Below, piece by piece: positions 27,563 to 36,277 of a DNA stretch of 64,000 nucleotides (position 1 is the first letter of the stretch; each line of letters opens with the position of its first letter). A program made the translations under genes and the position numbers. The notes under the pieces were generated by a model that saw nothing but the letters and a program-made list of their open reading frames with translations, did no database searches and was not told the DNA's origin. This DNA comes from Chloroflexota bacterium (GTDB lineage Bacteria > Chloroflexota > Anaerolineae > UBA4142), in assembly GCA_037440625.1 (NCBI GenBank), contig JBBITT010000005.1, forward strand, positions 41,492-105,491, read 5' to 3'.

Positions 27563-29127
27563 TCCGCCAACGGTTACTCGAATGGGCTGATTATTTTGGC
27601 GCGGTCGCGCTTGCGCTGTGGGTCGCGACAGTGATCTTGTTCTTCCTCGGCAATCAACCGCGCGAGCGATTGCTCTTGCTCGCCGGTTTGGGTGTGATCT
27701 TTTTCGCCTTGTATCTCACCACCAAGTTCGCGGCGGTACGCAACGTGGTCACCAGTCGCGGGGCGCGCTATGGATCGAACGCGTTGCTCATGACCGCCTT
27801 GTTCCTCGGCATCGTCGGCTTGGTCAACTTTTTGGGCATTCGCTACGCCTATCGTTACGACACCACCGCCAATAAAACATTTACCCTCTCGCCCTTGACC
27901 ATTCAAACCCTGCAAGAGTTGAAAGAGCCGGTCAATGTGCTGGCATTCTATTCCTTCTCACAATCCAACCCCACCAGCAAACAAGAGTTGGATGATCGGT
28001 TACGCGAGTACACGCATTACACCGATAAACTCAACTACAAGATGATTGATTTGGACGCTGAGCCACAGCTCGCCATTGATTACAAGGTGCAGTACGATGG
28101 GACGATTATTTTCGAACGGGGGACGCGGCGTGAAAATGTGTTCCAAATTGACGAACAAAGTTTGACTAACGCGCTCCTCAAAGTTTCGTCCGATAAACAA
28201 CCGACGCTGTACTTTACGACGGGCCACGGTGAACGCAGTTTGGACGATTCCAGCGATAACGGCTTGAGCAGCTTGAAGAATGGTCTTGAATTGAACAACT
28301 ATAAAGCCGTTCTGCTCGATCTCAAGACGATCACCGAAACGATCCCCGCCGATGCGACCGCGCTGGTGGTGGCGGGCCCAGTCGCCGCGTTCGATCCGGC
28401 AGAAATTCAACACATCCAGAACTATCTCGCCACCGGCGGGCGATTGTTCTTGATGCTCGATCCCGGCGTGCAAACCGGTTTCGACGATTTTCTCAAAGCG
28501 TACGGCGTTACGTTGCGCAATGATTTGGTGTACGATCCCAAGTTCGGTTCGTTTGGGCGGCCGCAAGTGCCGGTGATCAACAGTTACAAGTTCAGCCCGG
28601 TCACGCAAAACCTCACCGGGCAAAGCACCTTCTTCCCCGGCATCCGCTCGCTGATTGCCGATACCAGCAACATCAGTTATACGGTAACCTCGCTCTTTTC
28701 CTCTAGCGATGCGTCGTGGGGCGAGACGGATTTTGATTCGATCAAGAACCAAACCGCCAAACTGGACGAAGGCAAGGATGCCAAAGGTCCGCTGGATCTC
28801 GGCGCAACCATCGAAGGCCGCGGCGACAAAGCGATGCGGATGGTCATCATTGGCAATTCGGGATTCCTCGCCAACGGCAACCTGCGCGTCCGGGGAATGA
28901 CATCTTCGGGTCAAGAGGTAACGTTTGGGAATGGTCTTTTGTTCTTGAACGCGGCGCGCTGGTTTGCTGGGCAAGAAAACTTGATTACCATTCCCCCCAA
29001 GCCCGCCGATTCGCATCCGCTCACCTTGACCGGCGAGCAGATGAACTTTGTCATGTTCTCCAGTTTCGCGCTGTTGCCGGGCGTGATCCTCATTATCGGT
29101 GCATTGGTGTGGTGGGGGAGACGCTAG
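27559..29127 (+). CDS. GldG-like ABC-transporter auxiliary protein
   Basis: N- and C-terminal TM helices flank a large extracytoplasmic domain. Its position after the ABC-2 permease matches the GldA/F/G arrangement. AGGAGG lies 5 nt before the ATG, which overlaps the upstream stop. Confidence 0.7.
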   Translation: MIRQRLLEWADYFGAVALALWVATVILFFLGNQPRERLLLLAGLGVIFFALYLTTKFAAVRNVVTSRGARYGSNALLMTALFLGIVGLVNFLGIRYAYRYDTTANKTFTLSPLTIQTLQELKEPVNVLAFYSFSQSNPTSKQELDDRLREYTHYTDKLNYKMIDLDAEPQLAIDYKVQYDGTIIFERGTRRENVFQIDEQSLTNALLKVSSDKQPTLYFTTGHGERSLDDSSDNGLSSLKNGLELNNYKAVLLDLKTITETIPADATALVVAGPVAAFDPAEIQHIQNYLATGGRLFLMLDPGVQTGFDDFLKAYGVTLRNDLVYDPKFGSFGRPQVPVINSYKFSPVTQNLTGQSTFFPGIRSLIADTSNISYTVTSLFSSSDASWGETDFDSIKNQTAKLDEGKDAKGPLDLGATIEGRGDKAMRMVIIGNSGFLANGNLRVRGMTSSGQEVTFGNGLLFLNAARWFAGQENLITIPPKPADSHPLTLTGEQMNFVMFSSFALLPGVILIIGALVWWGRR

Positions 29128-29128
29128 C

Positions 29129-29773
29129 ATGAAACCACGTACGACGCTCATTATCGCCGCGATCTTTGCCTTGCTCGCCGGCTATGTGTACTTTTTCGAA
29201 TTGAACAAAACGCCGGAGCAACTGAGCCAGCAATTGGGCACGCCAACGATTACACCACGCCCGTACGTGATGCAGTTCGATCCGGCGCAGGTAACCACGT
29301 TGGAAGTTGCCGATCTGCGTGCGCCGCGCCAAGTTCGCTTGACGCGCGACCGGGCAAACTGGCAAGTCACCTTGCCCATCGAAAAAGGCGCGGATAATTT
29401 CCAAGTGGAATCGGTGTTGACCACGCTGGCAAACTGGCAAGCCACACGTGTGCTGACCAATGTTACCAATCTGGCACCCTTTGGTTTCGTCACTCCCACG
29501 CTCGAAGTGCGCATCGCGATGAGCGATCAGAAGGAATATGCGATCACCATCGGCAACAAATCGCCGAACAACATGGCGTACTATGCCGTGTACACCGGCG
29601 ATCAATCGCGCGTGTTCCTGCTCGATACGCCGAACGTGGACAAACTCAAAGATTGGTTGGACACGCCGCCGTACGAACCGACGCCCACGCCCACCTTTAC
29701 ACCAACCTTGACGCCAACTGCCACACCACCGATCCCAGAAACGCCGGCGGCAACGGAAACACCTAAACCATAA
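29129..29773 (+). CDS. DUF4340-like protein (N-terminal TM, Thr/Pro-rich tail)
   Basis: MKPRTTLIIAAIFALLAGYVYFFE... Its position directly after gldG-like genes is typical for DUF4340. Confidence 0.6.
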   Translation: MKPRTTLIIAAIFALLAGYVYFFELNKTPEQLSQQLGTPTITPRPYVMQFDPAQVTTLEVADLRAPRQVRLTRDRANWQVTLPIEKGADNFQVESVLTTLANWQATRVLTNVTNLAPFGFVTPTLEVRIAMSDQKEYAITIGNKSPNNMAYYAVYTGDQSRVFLLDTPNVDKLKDWLDTPPYEPTPTPTFTPTLTPTATPPIPETPAATETPKP

Positions 29774-29780
29774 CTCGTGT

Positions 29781-29810
29781 GGGGCGATGCACTGATCGCC
29801 CCATTTTTTT
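29781..29810 (+). terminator. Intrinsic terminator of the ABC operon
   Basis: GGGGCGAT (29781-29788) pairs with ATCGCCCC (29795-29802), followed by A and T7. Confidence 0.85.
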
Positions 29811-29858
29811 GTTTGACAACTTGGTGCTATACTTGAGTCAATTGTACTGGGGGTCTCG

Positions 29859-30968
29859 ATGTCTCGTTCATCCATTAAACGCATTGCCATCTGTACCGGC
29901 GGCGGCGACGCACCTGGTTTGAACGCCGTGATTCGTGCGACCGCGCTTTCGGCGTTGAACCGGGGCTGGGAAGTGTACGGCATTCGCGATGGTTTCAATG
30001 GCTTGCTCTTGCCGGAGCAATATGTGGAAGGTGGTCTGGTGCGTCTCACGCGTGACCGTGTGCGCGGGATTACCCATTTAGGTGGCACGATCATCGGCAC
30101 CACCAATCGCAACAATCCGCTAGAATTTCCAATCATAGACGAAGCCGGGCATGTTCAGTACATTGATCGTTCCGATGAATTGGTGCGCGCGTTTCGGATG
30201 CATCATATTGATGCGCTGATCTCGGTTGGCGGGGACGGCTCATTGGCAATTGCAAGCGTCCTCGCGCGCAAAGGGGTGCGTGTGATCGGCGTACCCAAAA
30301 CGATTGATAACGATCTAGACAGAACGGTGGTAACCTTTGGATTTGAAACCGCGGTTGCCTTTGCCACCGAATGTTTGGATCGCTTGCATTCCACCGCCTC
30401 TTCGCACGGCCGTGTCATGATCGTCGAAGTGATGGGGCGTTATGCCGGTTGGATCGCGCTGAATGCCGGGGTCTCGGGTTCCGCCGATGTGATTCTCATT
30501 CCAGAAATTCCGTACGACATCAACAAGGTGGTCGCCAAAATCAAAGAACGCGACGAACGCGGCTACAACTTTACGATTGCCATTGTGGCAGAAGGCGCAC
30601 GTCCAATTGGCGGTACTTTTGTGGTCAAAGAAAAACCGGTGGGACACGCCGAGCGATTAGGGGGCATTGGCGAAAAAGTCGCTGCGGACATTCAACAATT
30701 GTCCGGCCGAGAAACGCGCGTGGTGGTGCTGGGACACCTTTTGCGCGGCGGCAGTCCCAACGCGTACGATCGTTTGATTGCATTGCGTTTTGGTGCTGCC
30801 GCCGTGCGCGCCTTGGAAGAGGGCCAATCAGGGATTATGGTCGCGCTGGATCCGCCCAACGTGAATTACGTTCCCTTGGAGGAAGCCACGCGACGAATGA
30901 AATCCGTGCCGCTCGATTGCGATACGATTCTGACCGCGCGCGATTTGGGCATTTGTTTTGGAGATTGA
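29859..30968 (+). CDS. pfkA: 6-phosphofructokinase
   Basis: IAICTGGGDAPGLNAVIRA, PKTIDNDL and MGRYAGW motifs. Confidence 0.9.
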   Translation: MSRSSIKRIAICTGGGDAPGLNAVIRATALSALNRGWEVYGIRDGFNGLLLPEQYVEGGLVRLTRDRVRGITHLGGTIIGTTNRNNPLEFPIIDEAGHVQYIDRSDELVRAFRMHHIDALISVGGDGSLAIASVLARKGVRVIGVPKTIDNDLDRTVVTFGFETAVAFATECLDRLHSTASSHGRVMIVEVMGRYAGWIALNAGVSGSADVILIPEIPYDINKVVAKIKERDERGYNFTIAIVAEGARPIGGTFVVKEKPVGHAERLGGIGEKVAADIQQLSGRETRVVVLGHLLRGGSPNAYDRLIALRFGAAAVRALEEGQSGIMVALDPPNVNYVPLEEATRRMKSVPLDCDTILTARDLGICFGD

Positions 30969-31084
30969 ACGTGCAAATTGACTTGCCAGCGCCATGTCTG
31001 AAATGTACGCGATCTTCCATCCTTTGTTTGACAATTCCTCTAACCGATAATAAAATCCCGGTCACAATCGAATCTCAATAGCAG

Positions 31085-31168
31085 GGGGCGATGGCGAAAT
31101 GGCAGCCGCGGCGGACTTAAAATCCGCTGGAGTAATCCTCCGTGTGGGTTCGACTCCCTCTCGCCCCA
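31085..31168 (+). tRNA. tRNA-Leu (anticodon UAA)
   Basis: Hand-folded. Acceptor GGGGCGA/TCGCCCC plus discriminator A. D stem GCG/CGC with a GG loop. Anticodon stem GCGGA/TCCGC with loop CTTAAAA. Long variable arm GGAG..CTCC. T loop TTCGACT, with one U-U mismatch in the T stem. CCA is not encoded. Confidence 0.85.
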
Positions 31169-31175
31169 TGAAAAC

Positions 31176-31216
31176 ACCAAGACCTTCGAGACTCCCTCAT
31201 GCTCGAAGGTCTTGGT
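31176..31216. terminator. 15-bp hairpin between tRNA-Leu (+) and the convergent minus-strand operon
   Basis: ACCAAGACCTTCGAG (31176-31190) pairs with CTCGAAGGTCTTGGT (31202-31216). TTTA follows on the plus strand and GTGTTTT on the minus strand. Confidence 0.7.
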
Positions 31217-31226
31217 TTAATGACGG

Positions 31227-32390
31227 CTATGGTTTATGTTTTTGCAACTCCGCACGTAACGCCTCAATGGCTTTTTGGGCGGCGCTTTCCGGGTTACGAA
31301 CCCACTGGGCGGGATCAATACTGTTGGTTCCTTCCGGCAACTGCATCTTGAGCAGACTCACATACTCGGCGCTCGCAAACGAAATTTCAATCGTGTTGCC
31401 GCTTGCCAACGACATTGCAAACGTTGGGGCTTTGACCGTTGGCGTTTGCAACCAACTCATATTCACCTGCCGATACTCTTCGCGCACGCTCAGCGAAACC
31501 ACATCTTTATAATACATCTCGGACACATGCTCACCATAAATCTTGCCGGTGATGAAATCGAAAAAGCAACCGTAATTACCTAGCCGATCCTTCCCCAGAA
31601 TGATAAACTCGACCGAGTACACGCCATAAAAGTCTTCAAACCGATCACCCGATAGGAAAGCAAATCGCGCGGCTTTGACGTGCTTGCTGAGATCCACCGC
31701 GTCCTTGTCCAAAAAAGGACGCGGAACAAGATCGCGGTGTTGCAACTGGGCAGGTCCCAAGATGCACAACGGATTGTCTGCCTTGTCTGGTTTCACCGCG
31801 CTAGCGTCAATCCCCGTTTGCTTGATGGCTTGCTTGGCAAGCCAATCCAAATCCTCTTGTAACCACCGATGGACTTGATCATCCGCCGGCGGATTAGGCA
31901 CCTTGCTCCGCAATGCCCTGACCGATTTCTGCAACTCATCAATCATTTCTTGATAGACCGTCTGAATCCGATTGCGAGTACGCCAATACAGCATACCAAT
32001 CACGATCAAGAGACTCACGCCCAACGCGATGACAAAGGGTCCAGAAAATCGAAGGGTTTGATCATTTTGCGATGCCAAAAAGTACGTCAACCCCACACCG
32101 ACGATGACCGGAACCATTGCCAACCACAACATCCTGATCGTGCGCGCCGAGTTCTCCGCCAATTCGATTTCGCGTCGCTGGGTCAGCAGCGCAATCTCGC
32201 GCATTTGGGGTTTGCCTACATCGTTGGGATTCAAGCGAAAAAAATAATCCCAAATGTGAATTCGTTTGGCGTGGCGAGGATTTTCGTCTGCCCGCCGAAC
32301 CAGCTCATCGCGGTCTTGCCGCGAAGGCATATACGGTATTTCGTTGAGATAATCCCAAATATCGCGCGAGAATTCTCGAATCGGCATCAC
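31227..32390 (-). CDS. Hypothetical membrane protein (cytoplasmic N-terminal region, 2 TM helices, ~240-aa C-terminal domain)
   Basis: A 387-aa ORF whose start overlaps the dihydropyrimidinase stop by 4 nt. TM segments MLWLAMVPVIVGVGLTYFLA and FVIALGVSLLIVIGMLYW. No family recognised. Confidence 0.55.
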   Translation of the reverse strand: MMPIREFSRDIWDYLNEIPYMPSRQDRDELVRRADENPRHAKRIHIWDYFFRLNPNDVGKPQMREIALLTQRREIELAENSARTIRMLWLAMVPVIVGVGLTYFLASQNDQTLRFSGPFVIALGVSLLIVIGMLYWRTRNRIQTVYQEMIDELQKSVRALRSKVPNPPADDQVHRWLQEDLDWLAKQAIKQTGIDASAVKPDKADNPLCILGPAQLQHRDLVPRPFLDKDAVDLSKHVKAARFAFLSGDRFEDFYGVYSVEFIILGKDRLGNYGCFFDFITGKIYGEHVSEMYYKDVVSLSVREEYRQVNMSWLQTPTVKAPTFAMSLASGNTIEISFASAEYVSLLKMQLPEGTNSIDPAQWVRNPESAAQKAIEALRAELQKHKP

Positions 32391-33775
32391 ATCCTCTTGG
32401 TGTTAATCTGCGTCAAGCCGCGCTTCAAGTACCGCCCCTGCCCACGTTTGCCCAGAAATTGATCGTCTTTGAAAATCACTTGTCCGCGCGCCATCACGAG
32501 CGAAGGGGAACCGTCAATCGTCATCCCTTCGTACGGGTTGTAATCCACCCGCATAAATTGCGTTGCCGCGCTGATCGTGTACGGGCGATGCGGATGCCAC
32601 AACACAATATCGGCATCGCTCCCCACCGCCAGCGTACCCTTGCGCGGGAACAAGCCAAACAATTTTGCCGGCGCGGTGCTGGTGATCTGCACAAACCGAT
32701 TCATACTCCAGCCGCGCTGCACCACCCCGCCTTGATACGCAATGTGCATTCGATTTTCGACGCCTGGCACGCCGTTCGGAATCTTGGTAAAATTTCCGCG
32801 CCCGAGTTCTTTTTGCTTGAGCATGAACGGACAATGATCGGTCGCAATCGCTTGCAACGTATCGTCGCCTAGCGCGCGCCAGAGCGGTTCTTGATTCGCG
32901 CGTTCACGGATGGGCGGCGAGCAAACAAATTGCGCGCCTTCAAAACGATCATCCGCGTACTGTTCGTACGCCAACGCGAGATACTGCGGACACGTTTCGC
33001 CAAAGACCGGGACACCGCGCGCCCGTGCCGCGCGAATCTCTTCCATCGCGTACCGCGACGAGACGTGAACGATATAGATCGGTACGCCCGCCAGTTCGGC
33101 GAGCGCGATGCACCGATGAGTGGCTTCGGCTTCGGTGGCGTGCGGGCGTGCAAGTGGATGATAGTTGGGCGTCGTCTTGCCCTCCACCAAAAATTTTTGG
33201 ATGAAATAATCAATCACACTTCCGTTTTCGGCGTGCATCATAATCAACCCACCATTCTCGCTAGCACGCCGCATCGCTTTGAAAATGGTGCCATCGTCTA
33301 ATTGCAAACGTTCCGGGTACGCGGTGAACAATTTGAATGAAGTAACTCCTTCGCGCACCAACGCGTCCATCTCTGGCAAAAGCGTGTCCGGGAGATTGGC
33401 GATGATCATATGCAAGCCGTAATCAATCACCGATTTTTCGGCTTTGGCGAGCCACGCGTCGAGCGCGGCATGCATGGTGCCCGTGCGCGATTGCGTGGCA
33501 AAATCAATAATCGTCGTCGTACCGCCGTGCGCCGCCGCAATGGTGCCGGTTTCAAAATCGTCGGACGAGATGGCGGCGCCCACATTGAGTTCCATATGCG
33601 TGTGTACATCAATACCGCCGGGAATCACATACTGATTGGTCGCGTCAATCACCTGATCGGCGACAACGTTCAAATCTTTGCCAATCAACGCGATGGTGCC
33701 GTTCTCAATGAAAATGTCGGCGCGGTAATCATCGGTTGCGGTGATGAGGCGACCATTTTTGATGAGACTCGTCAT
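32387..33775 (-). CDS. Dihydropyrimidinase / D-hydantoinase (cyclic amidohydrolase)
   Basis: IKNGRLITA..., GGIDVHTHM metal-binding motif, SFKLF (carboxylated Lys context), about 460 aa. Confidence 0.85.
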   Translation of the reverse strand: MTSLIKNGRLITATDDYRADIFIENGTIALIGKDLNVVADQVIDATNQYVIPGGIDVHTHMELNVGAAISSDDFETGTIAAAHGGTTTIIDFATQSRTGTMHAALDAWLAKAEKSVIDYGLHMIIANLPDTLLPEMDALVREGVTSFKLFTAYPERLQLDDGTIFKAMRRASENGGLIMMHAENGSVIDYFIQKFLVEGKTTPNYHPLARPHATEAEATHRCIALAELAGVPIYIVHVSSRYAMEEIRAARARGVPVFGETCPQYLALAYEQYADDRFEGAQFVCSPPIRERANQEPLWRALGDDTLQAIATDHCPFMLKQKELGRGNFTKIPNGVPGVENRMHIAYQGGVVQRGWSMNRFVQITSTAPAKLFGLFPRKGTLAVGSDADIVLWHPHRPYTISAATQFMRVDYNPYEGMTIDGSPSLVMARGQVIFKDDQFLGKRGQGRYLKRGLTQINTKRM

Positions 33776-33786
33776 CCCCCCTCCGT

Positions 33787-34593
33787 TTATTTTCTGGACG
33801 CGCGCGCAGATTTTTTGTCCGCTTGCATTTTGGCAACGATACCAAGAATGGTGCCCAGTAAACCGATGAGCGCAACCAGAATCGCACCGGCATTCCCAGC
33901 GATCGAATCCAAAATGCGCGACCAGAGCGAAGGTTGAACCGCTTGCACGTCAATCGTAAACGCGAGGTTTTTCAATACATCGGTGCTGAGTTGTGATTCT
34001 ACGCCATTCACAACCGCGGGGATAGATAACTCGATCGAAACTTCTTGATGACCTGCCGCCAGCGGGCTAATGACCCAATCCCAAGTAACTTCTTTCGTAG
34101 GGTCAACGTTGCGGCGTTGCGGTCCGGCAGGTTTGACATCGAATTTGATCGCGTGCAGTTCAGCGATCATCAATGGATACAAATCAATATTGCCGCCAAA
34201 CTTGTACACAAAACTAGGCAGGTCAGGCGTCTTGGCGGGCTTGGCAACCGGCGTAATCGCGGCGAGTTGCTGTGCCGGCGCAAGTTTCAACCGGATCGTG
34301 CGGCTTTCGTTCATCAACATGGTCTCGGGGTACGCCAGATTGATTTCCCCCAACCCCAAGTTTTCGGCGGACACTTGGGCGGTGGTGACCAAACTGCCAT
34401 CGGTTTGTTTTTTTGTTTTTGCATCTTGCACGGCGAGACCTGGCGCAGCCGGCTTGACCGGCGAGCGCACGGGCAGTGCAGTGGCAGTTACTGATGCGAC
34501 AGGTGCAGTCGCTGGGAGTGGCGTGGGAGATGGGGCTGGTGAGGCGCAGGCAACCAAAGCGATCAAGAACAAGAGCCAGAAAAATTTTTTCAT
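33787..34593 (-). CDS. Hypothetical lipoprotein with a C-terminal TM anchor
   Basis: Lipobox LIALVAC, then an Ala/Pro/Thr-rich spacer, and a C-terminal hydrophobic helix GAILVALIGLLGTILGIV followed by a basic tail. Confidence 0.5.
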   Translation of the reverse strand: MKKFFWLLFLIALVACASPAPSPTPLPATAPVASVTATALPVRSPVKPAAPGLAVQDAKTKKQTDGSLVTTAQVSAENLGLGEINLAYPETMLMNESRTIRLKLAPAQQLAAITPVAKPAKTPDLPSFVYKFGGNIDLYPLMIAELHAIKFDVKPAGPQRRNVDPTKEVTWDWVISPLAAGHQEVSIELSIPAVVNGVESQLSTDVLKNLAFTIDVQAVQPSLWSRILDSIAGNAGAILVALIGLLGTILGIVAKMQADKKSARASRK

Positions 34594-34616
34594 GTCTGCC
34601 TTCTTTCTATCGCGGA

Positions 34617-35219
34617 TTATTCGACCGTGATCAAATCTTTGATTTGCGCAAACAGCGCATCGCCGATGCCGCGCACCTTTTTGAGATCGTCAATTTTTTG
34701 GAAATTCCCGTTCTGGGTACGATAATCAATGATGCGTTGGCCAATGGACGCGCCGATGCCGGGGAGCGCGTCAAGTTCGGCGAGCGTTGCCGTATTGATG
34801 TTGATTTTGCCAGCAGGCACGGCTGGAGTGGGAGTACGTGATGTGGCACTGCGGCTGGAGGCGGGCGGGACCGGCGTTGCTTCACCTTGCGCGGGAACGT
34901 AAATTTGTTCGCCATCGTTGAGTTTGCGCGCCAAGTTGAGCGTACGCGTATCGGCATTGGCCAACACATCGCCCGCCAGCGCAAGGGCGTCTTGCACGCG
35001 ACTCCCCGCCGGGAGCGTATAAACACCGGGATTACTCACTGCACCTCGGACATCCACAACGAGCGTTGCCATCGTTGGGGTGGGCTTGGGCGTAGGCGTG
35101 GTGATGACCATCGCCGAAGGTTCAGGTCGGCGCAGCAAATAAATCGTCCCGGCAAGGACAATAACAAAGAGGAACAGCATCAAGAGGTAAGGGCGATAGC
35201 GCACGAGCCAATTCGTCAT
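34617..35219 (-). CDS. comEA: ComEA-family DNA-binding protein (TM + SLBB + tandem HhH)
   Basis: C-terminus KININTATLAELDALPGIGASIGQRIIDYR...FQKIDDLKKVRGIGDALFAQI. Confidence 0.85.
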   Translation of the reverse strand: MTNWLVRYRPYLLMLFLFVIVLAGTIYLLRRPEPSAMVITTPTPKPTPTMATLVVDVRGAVSNPGVYTLPAGSRVQDALALAGDVLANADTRTLNLARKLNDGEQIYVPAQGEATPVPPASSRSATSRTPTPAVPAGKININTATLAELDALPGIGASIGQRIIDYRTQNGNFQKIDDLKKVRGIGDALFAQIKDLITVE

Positions 35220-35274
35220 TCGACATCTCCAGAGATGAAGAATGTTGGTGCGCTAGAATTATACCACAGAAATC

Positions 35275-35378
35275 GTAACTACTCACCGCAGAGGCACAGA
35301 GAACGCCGAGTTTCATTTTGTTTTTTTCTCCGCGCCCTCGGCGTCTCTGCGGTAATTTGAGAAGGGCTGAGCAGTTAC
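35275..35378. mobile_element. 104-bp MITE-like element, copy A
   Basis: Terminal inverted repeats GTAACTACTCACC... and ...GCTGAGCAGTTAC. Internal palindrome CCGCAGAG..ACGCCGAG / CTCGGCGTCTCTGCGG. Perfect 8-bp direct repeat CAGAAATC at 35267-35274 and 35379-35386. Matches the reverse complement of copy B at 103/104 positions. Confidence 0.85.
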
Positions 35379-35444
35379 CAGAAATCAGTGAAACAATGAG
35401 CTCATCAACCCGGTACGCTCGCACCCGGTTTGCTCATTCTCCGT

Positions 35445-36203
35445 TTATCTTGCCGCTTGAAACAGCAAGATTGTTGCCGCCATCGCCGCATTCAACGATT
35501 CAACGCCACCATGCATCGGGATGCATACGCGCGCGGTGGCGATTTTTTGTGCCGCGTCGCTCGCGCCGGTGGCTTCGCCGCCAACGATGAGCGCGACCGG
35601 GCGCGACCAATCGGCTTGCGTGTAAACGAGGTCGCCGCGCGCGTCTGCAAGGTACACCCGCGCGATGTGAGGAATCGCATCGGCAATCATCTGCCACGAG
35701 GCAACCCGTAGCGGCACGTAAAAATGTGCGCCCATCGCCGCGCGGACAACTTTATCGTTGTACGGATCGGCAGTACTCGCCGCGAAGAAAATGGCATCCA
35801 CGCCAGCGGCGCGCGCGGAACGCAAAATCGTACCCACATTTCCCGGGTCGCGCACCGAATCGAGAATCAAAACGAATTGAGGTTGCGCCGGCATTGGCAA
35901 TTCGACAAACGGCACGACAGTGAGGATGCCTTGGGGCGTTTCGGTGTTCGATATTTCTTTCATCACCGCTTCGCTCACGGCGTACACCTCGCTCGTCATC
36001 GTACGTAATCGTTCGAGCAACGTGCGCGCATCCTCCTCGACTTGCGACGTGTGCAAAACCAACATCGGCGTGATATTGGCGTTCACCGCCTCTTCGATCA
36101 GCCGCACGCCTTCGAGGATGAATTGGCGCGTGGCATAGCGTTCACGCCGGCGCGCCAGCGCGCGGACGTGTTTGATTTTGGGGTTGGCGTGACTGGTAAT
36201 CAT
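35445..36203 (-). CDS. TrmH-family RNA 2'-O-methyltransferase (RlmB-like)
   Basis: SpoU/TrmH motifs LDSVRDPGNVGTILRSA, LIVGGEATG and IPMHGGVESLNAAMA. I preferred the ATG at 36203 because the track start at 36236 lies inside a 16-bp hairpin. Confidence 0.8.
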   Translation of the reverse strand: MITSHANPKIKHVRALARRRERYATRQFILEGVRLIEEAVNANITPMLVLHTSQVEEDARTLLERLRTMTSEVYAVSEAVMKEISNTETPQGILTVVPFVELPMPAQPQFVLILDSVRDPGNVGTILRSARAAGVDAIFFAASTADPYNDKVVRAAMGAHFYVPLRVASWQMIADAIPHIARVYLADARGDLVYTQADWSRPVALIVGGEATGASDAAQKIATARVCIPMHGGVESLNAAMAATILLFQAAR

Positions 36204-36216
36204 TGGGGGCAGTGAA

Positions 36217-36258
36217 TCAATGAGCCAATGTACCAAATTTGATACATTGGCTCATTGA
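36217..36258. other. Perfect 16-bp inverted repeat with a 10-nt spacer
   Basis: TCAATGAGCCAATGTA (36217-36232) pairs with TACATTGGCTCATTGA (36243-36258), between the rplT stop and the TrmH start. There is no clear U-tract. Confidence 0.8.
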
Positions 36259-36277
36259 TGAATCCGACTCTTACACA

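Noticed and set aside
28000-30136. 383-aa and 347-aa minus-strand ORFs
   Set aside because: Shadow ORFs opposite the GldG-like, DUF4340 and pfkA genes. No recognisable motifs.
31152-31198. The 9-mer GACTCCCTC from the tRNA-Leu T-arm recurs 38 nt downstream, which could be an att-site remnant of an integrated element
   Set aside because: It is too short, it lies in the loop of the terminator hairpin, and there is no integrase or phage/ICE gene nearby.
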